64,000 nt of DNA from Octopus bimaculoides (Eukaryota), in NCBI RefSeq assembly GCF_001194135.2, contig NC_068981.1:71694360-71758359 (forward strand), given 5' to 3'. The stretch's first letter is position 1, and each line of letters opens with the position of its first letter. Shown piece by piece: positions 1 through 64,000 of the stretch. The position numbers were made by a program, and so were the translations under genes. Below the pieces are notes generated by a model. The model had not been told where the DNA came from. It saw nothing but the letters and a program-made list of their open reading frames with translations, and ran no database searches.

Positions 1-346
1 CCTAACAGGGCGAAAACTTCTGGAATTAAGGTCACTAATTAGCATAGCATCATCCAGCGCAACGTAATGAGGTAACGTTACGCACTTGAACAGGTGCACT
101 TTGAGCCCTCCGCTCACTTAATTTTTCTCTCCCATCTCACAAACAAGTAAAATCTACCATAGAGATATACATCATAGAAAGCATAAAACAAATATCAGCA
201 AGACCAGAGTTGGCAGAGACGACTCAATTTTATGCCAGCAATAAAAAAATAACGAACATGGAAACGATTAAAGCTAGATAATGCGTCTACTCACCACAAG
301 TACAAGTTCTGCTATACAGAGCGGTGCTATTTTTAAAAAAAAAATA

Positions 347-386
347 GGACCTCCCCATTTAAATTTAAGACCCTGGGTAAAGGTCC
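347..386 (-). promoter_or_regulatory. Candidate L10ARE: uL1-binding RNA hairpin in RPL10A intron 2
   Basis: GGACCU-UUA-CCCA-(loop)-UGGG-G-AGGUCC, 40 nt, between the productive 5'ss (638) and a distal GTGAGT 5'ss (294-289). GGGAG opposite UACC resembles the L1-stalk rRNA site. Confidence 0.7.
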
Positions 387-638
387 GTAAGGTTTAGAAA
401 AACCCAACTACCTAATAAGTGACTTATAGGAGGCGATATAACGACTTAAAAAAAAAAATTGACATGGTGGTGGACATATGAAGGATTTTGCTAGCCTATA
501 CATTTTATCATACACATCACATATATATAGGCTAGCAATTTTTCTAAGAAATCAAAAAGGATAACTAAACTGTCGTATTGCCTGCCTCCTAGGAGTCTCT
601 TTTATAGGTCGAATAAATAAAAAGATTGCTGTCCGTAC

Positions 639-794
639 TTTACTGTACCAGAAAACCTCTTATCTTTTTGAGGATCGTAGTTCTTCAGGGCGATTTGTAG
701 ATCTACGGATTCGGTAAACCGCCTCTTCTTTCTCTTAGAGAAGGCGAGCATCGCCGCAATAGCTTCCTGCAAAGTATCCTTCGTAATTTTACTA
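639..794 (-). CDS. RPL10A: 60S ribosomal protein L10a (uL1), coding exon 2 (156 nt); gene continues beyond the left edge
   Basis: Translates (S)[51 protein letters not shown](K), containing the uL1 signature [20 protein letters not shown]. Acceptor ttttacag at 796-795; donor AA|GTACGG at 638, phase 2. Confidence 0.97.
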
Positions 795-1060
795 CTGTAA
801 AATAAAATAAAATATATACGTTCAGGTAGCTGTATCATTAATCCTACGTAATATGAACACAAAACTACGACAAATCAAAACGAGAAAATGAATTATGTTT
901 AAGTTAAATTATGAAATATAGAAAATAAATTTTTATAATAAATATATATATATCTAAATTAAGAATAGATATATGAAAACTAAGCAATGAGAATTATAAA
1001 AAAATTAAGTATTTTTTAAACAAGATGCATGAAATTGGTAGAAGCGATAAATTAACGAAC

Positions 1061-1065
1061 CTCAT
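1061..1065 (-). CDS. RPL10A: RPL10A coding exon 1 (ATGAG)
   Basis: Minus strand tcacc ATGAG|gttcgt. ATG AG + T AGT AAA gives MSSK in frame with exon 2; the same 5-nt first coding exon is recalled from vertebrate RPL10A. Confidence 0.9.
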
Positions 1066-1084
1066 GGTGATAAGATGTAGTATC

Positions 1085-1091
1085 GGAAAGA
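1085..1091 (-). promoter_or_regulatory. TCT initiator / 5'TOP start of RPL10A (TC+1TTTCC, C+1 at 1090)
   Basis: Matches YC+1TYTYY, 25 nt upstream of the ATG; this is the typical ribosomal-protein core promoter. Confidence 0.7.
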
Positions 1092-1121
1092 CTGATTTAT
1101 GGTAAGACCGACGCAATGATG

Positions 1122-1161
1122 ACTTCCTGTATTTTCGACAAAACTCGGTAAATTCCGGAAG
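1122..1161. promoter_or_regulatory. Two ETS/GABP-type sites (ACTTCCTG 1122-1129; TTCCGGAAG 1153-1161) in the RPL10A/USP47 intergenic promoter
   Basis: GGAA-core motifs 30-70 nt upstream of the TCT start; ETS sites are common in ribosomal-protein and bidirectional promoters. Confidence 0.45.
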
Positions 1162-3675
1162 CCGAGAATTATTGAATTCTCTAGAAATTTCTCATTTTGT
1201 TTACTTCATTCAATCTCGCATTAATTGGCGTGTTTTGCAATTAGTTTTCCTGATTGTAGTTATAGAGGGATTTCTAATGGGTGTTTGTTATATATATTTA
1301 TATTTTTTTTACTTATAACAAAGGCGTGATGTAATTTCAAGAAAGTATTTCTTATATCTCGAGAAAATTTAAGTAATTTATGCAATTTAAAAAATAAATT
1401 CTGATATGTATATAATTTATAACTTATTGATACGAGTTACAAGTAAATAAGATAGACAGGATTTTGGTTTAATTTTTTAAATTTTGTATTGTTTAAATTA
1501 ACGAAATTGTTTATTAACTTTGTACATGTAGTTACGTCCCTTTACCTTTTGAGTTCGAATCCCCCTGAATTAAGACTTTACTTTACGCTCTACAGGGGTC
1601 AGCAAAAAAAAAATGTGGCGATTAATTTCGAACCCCACTAAAAATTCGGGTTTTGTGCCAGTGCTAAAACTTATTTGCGTGATCGAGTGGCAGGATTAGT
1701 TGAGCACCGGACAATGATTTGCGGTATTTAGTTATGTGGCCTGCCGTTTTAAATCCCTAAACTCTGCCGGAGTCGAGTTTTCATTATCGTATTTAGCAGT
1801 CGATTTGAAATTCTATTAGTCTGGTACTTGGATCGGTAAAATCTGACTGCCCTCGCACTCAAATATATAACCTTGTGTCTATTACTGTATACTACTTTTA
1901 TCGTCATTGAATGTATGAGCATAAAGCAGGAACTCATTTTTAATAATCTAAAATTTTACGTAAACCACATGTCATTTTCATTAATTATACAAATTGAATT
2001 TTTTCTGCAAATAATCAGTTTTTGTTACAGAATTAAATTATTTTGAAAATAATTTCTCGATTCATTTTTTCAAATTAATTTCCATTCATTTTTATCGAAA
2101 ACAAAATTAAGGTTTTATTAATTATATAGAAAAAGGTCGCAGATATATGTAAAACATCCTCAAATGTCACTTCCGTATGTGTAATTGTGTGTACACATAA
2201 GTGTGTGTGTATACATAAGTGTGTGTATGTGTATCCACCACGAGATCTCGTAATTTATCGTTCACTGCATTAGCAGTAGAGTTGATCAGGGACTTAAATA
2301 CTACTAAAATACCATGATACCTCTGCAAATTTGTCTTCAAACCTGTTTATTCGGGGGCGTTAATTTGCCCCTTACGTTCAAAATCTGTAAAATTGATCGA
2401 AGGTAGGAAACCTAGAATCTTTAACAGCTGACATTTCCAGCTGCATGTTACTTCAACCATGCTGCTATTTGGTAGTTTGTTAACCAGCGACTTTGTTGTT
2501 ATTGCTTCTGCCTGTTCGTCCCTACAGCTCTTGCCCTCTCCGGAGCCACGGCTTCTGTCTTCTCTTTCTTTGAGTCTCCACCACCACTCATTTACTTCAA
2601 TAACATCTTCCGAATATAAAGCAAACACTTTCTTTGATATTTCTTTGTCTTCGTGTGGTCACAGAAACAACAATTTGGTTGTATTACGTCTCTTAGAATA
2701 GTTTTCTCTGCTTTCATCTTAACGTTTCTTAGTAATTTAGGTACCTCCGACGACGCTAGACGATGCTCCGATGTTCCTTCGTAAATGTTGGCGAGAGAAT
2801 TCATAAAATATATTGCTCACTAATCAAAACAAACCATTGCCCAAAACTGATACTCCTTATGTAAAATTGAATTTATATATTCCGTAATTGTTGTTGATTT
2901 TCTACCTTTATCGTTACTAATCGTGACTATATCTTTATCATGTTATCTTGTCCTATAATTCTACGAAAAGCGCTTTCATCCTTCAGTAAATAAACTTTGA
3001 ATTCTGTTCGACAAAAAAGACAAAAAAGAAAAATTGAAAAAAATGTAATTTGGAGCCTTTTCATTTTCTAAAATTCCTGTGTAATTTAGTTTTCATTATA
3101 TCCTGAATTATTAAATTGATAATCATTCTGCTGTCTTATCCCCATCCCTTTTCTTTGTAATTTACCCCCACAAATTACGTTTTTGTTCATTCTGTTACTA
3201 TCGATTTTCCAATTTACCCTCATCTTTATATCATTTGTGTTATATTTACTGTTTCTTCCTAATTCTCCATGAATATGTAGTAGATTGTGCCATTCTTGGT
3301 AAACTTATCCTGGTTGTGTAGTCGAGTGTAATAACGTCACTTGTAGCTAGCTACTGGTTTATTTGCCCAACATGTAATTACGAAAATTAAAATATGAAAA
3401 TTCTAGGGGGGAAAAAAAAATTGCTATTGTTGTCAAATTTCTTCTTTTATAATTCTTAGAGACATGGAAAGATCTATTTTCATCAACTGCATACATTCTG
3501 TAAATTGTTTTACTAAAATATAACTATATTAAAAAGAAAGTGAAACAATATTGTGTAAGCATCAAACTAAAATAATACTCATCAGAAAGCAATTACATTC
3601 GATAAGCAACCACCCGATTACAGTGGTTTTACAAGTACAACTAAACGGGGAGACTAAACCTGGTACTAAACAACT

Positions 3676-62777
<59,102 letters not shown>

Positions 62778-63096
62778 GTAAGTTGCACCTAAACCATTTG
62801 TATATTTATGCATTTACATGACTGATTTTTAATTATTTTTATAATCATACTAAAGAGTATGGAATGCTATTGTCAAAACATGTCCATGGCAGTAACATTT
62901 GTGGATGTCACAGCATTTGACTCTATAAACTGGGCAGTCACATTAGTTATCCTGTGCTACTGTAGAGTACCTGCAAAAATTAACAATCAAAATTATCTAT
63001 CACAGATGGAAAAGTAGCAGGTCAACTGTAGTTTAAGACTAGCTATCATGCAAGAACTGATACTATTTTTATTTACTCAGTGTTGTATTGTCTTAA

Positions 63097-63295
63097 CCCT
63101 TTAGCATTGAGATTACTTGGCCGAATGTAATGCTTGTTTATTCACATTGTTTTGAATTAATCATGCATTATTTTGTAGCCTTGAGATTTTGATATTATTT
63201 ATTTATGACATTGTAAGATAGGTTTGAGAGAGGCCAGATCTGGCAAAGCAGATTGAATATTTGGGCTGGATATAGTCAGTTTAACTACTAAAGCA
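63097..63295 (+). mobile_element. TTAA MITE, family A
   Basis: ttaa CCCTTTAGCATT left end; degraded right end followed by ttaa. Confidence 0.75.
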
Positions 63296-64000
63296 TTAAG
63301 TAAAGTTTGGTTGAAATACAGAATCAGAAACAGTGTTACCCTCTTAAAAGACTCACTAACATTAGCTGTTGGACACAATATGACTATTCAAGGCCTCAGA
63401 ATTTAGTACAAGACATTAGTCATGAGCATTAGTGACTGATTGGATGAAAGTTAAACTGGATCACTTAGTGGTAAGAGAATAGAGTTGGATCAATATATGG
63501 TTTCAGATAGCATCTTCTGAAGAATATTTGTTATTCATCTGAAGAAAAATTACAACTTAATTTTGTTTTCCTCCTTAAACATGATAAGGTCTATTAAAAA
63601 AATGTTTAATTGAAAGAGATGGAAATGATTGAGAAAACACTGTAGTTTGTAGTCCTGAGGTTGATGATAAATAGTAGAAATTTAAAGCAAAAAAAAATTT
63701 TTACAAGAAAAAAAATATTTACAATCAATAAAAGTAAGTATCTAAATATTCAGTTCAAGTCGTATGACATCAGTAGTGCTTTACCATTAAACAAATGTTA
63801 AACTTCTCTGATTTGATAGCAAATCAAACATTTTTATTTATATTGAAGAAAATAGATTCACAGATTCTCTGTTTTTTAGCATTGAGAATTGGTAAATTTT
63901 TGACATATTTTGAAGTGGAAAATACTGAAATTGTATAATGGCTTTGACTTGCCAAAATGATTTATGTAGTTATGCCCCTTTCAAGTTCTGAGTTATCTTA

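Noticed and set aside
795-862. N-terminal MCSYYVGL... of ORF 602-862 as the RPL10A start
   Set aside because: Intron 1 sequence; the true start is the spliced ATGAG at 1065-1061.

Overview
AT-rich, repeat-dense animal genomic DNA with spliceosomal introns and four N gaps. The repeat complement looks like Octopus (inference from recalled repeats). Two genes lie head-to-head. (1) RPL10A/uL1, minus strand: TCT/TOP start near 1090, exon 1 CDS 1065-1061, exon 2 794-639; the rest runs off the left edge. (2) USP47, plus strand: 15 exons reconstructed from 3676 to 62777 with consistent phases, 559 codons, catalytic Cys and His boxes, a 32-kb first intron; 3' end beyond the window. Introns contain RTE LINE fragments and tails, tRNA-derived SINEs, TTAA-flanked piggyBac-like MITEs, a mariner relic, CR1-like relics, two Penelope-like hairpin insertions and a non-autonomous LTR element. 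Best leads: (a) a 40-nt uL1-binding-site-like hairpin between two 5' splice sites of the RPL10A intron, a candidate L10ARE autoregulatory AS-NMD switch in a mollusc; (b) an LTR mini-element with a 4-bp TSD, a 34-nt captured tRNA-Trp complement, a duplicated LTR end plus second PBS, and LTRs that diverge almost only in U3; (c) Penelope-like inverted repeats carrying U3-A8 variant minimal hammerhead cores; (d) many inverted repeat pairs that could be ADAR substrates, one pair bracketing USP47 exon 9. All alignments and folds were done by eye, and repeat boundaries are approximate unless a TSD or TIR is given.
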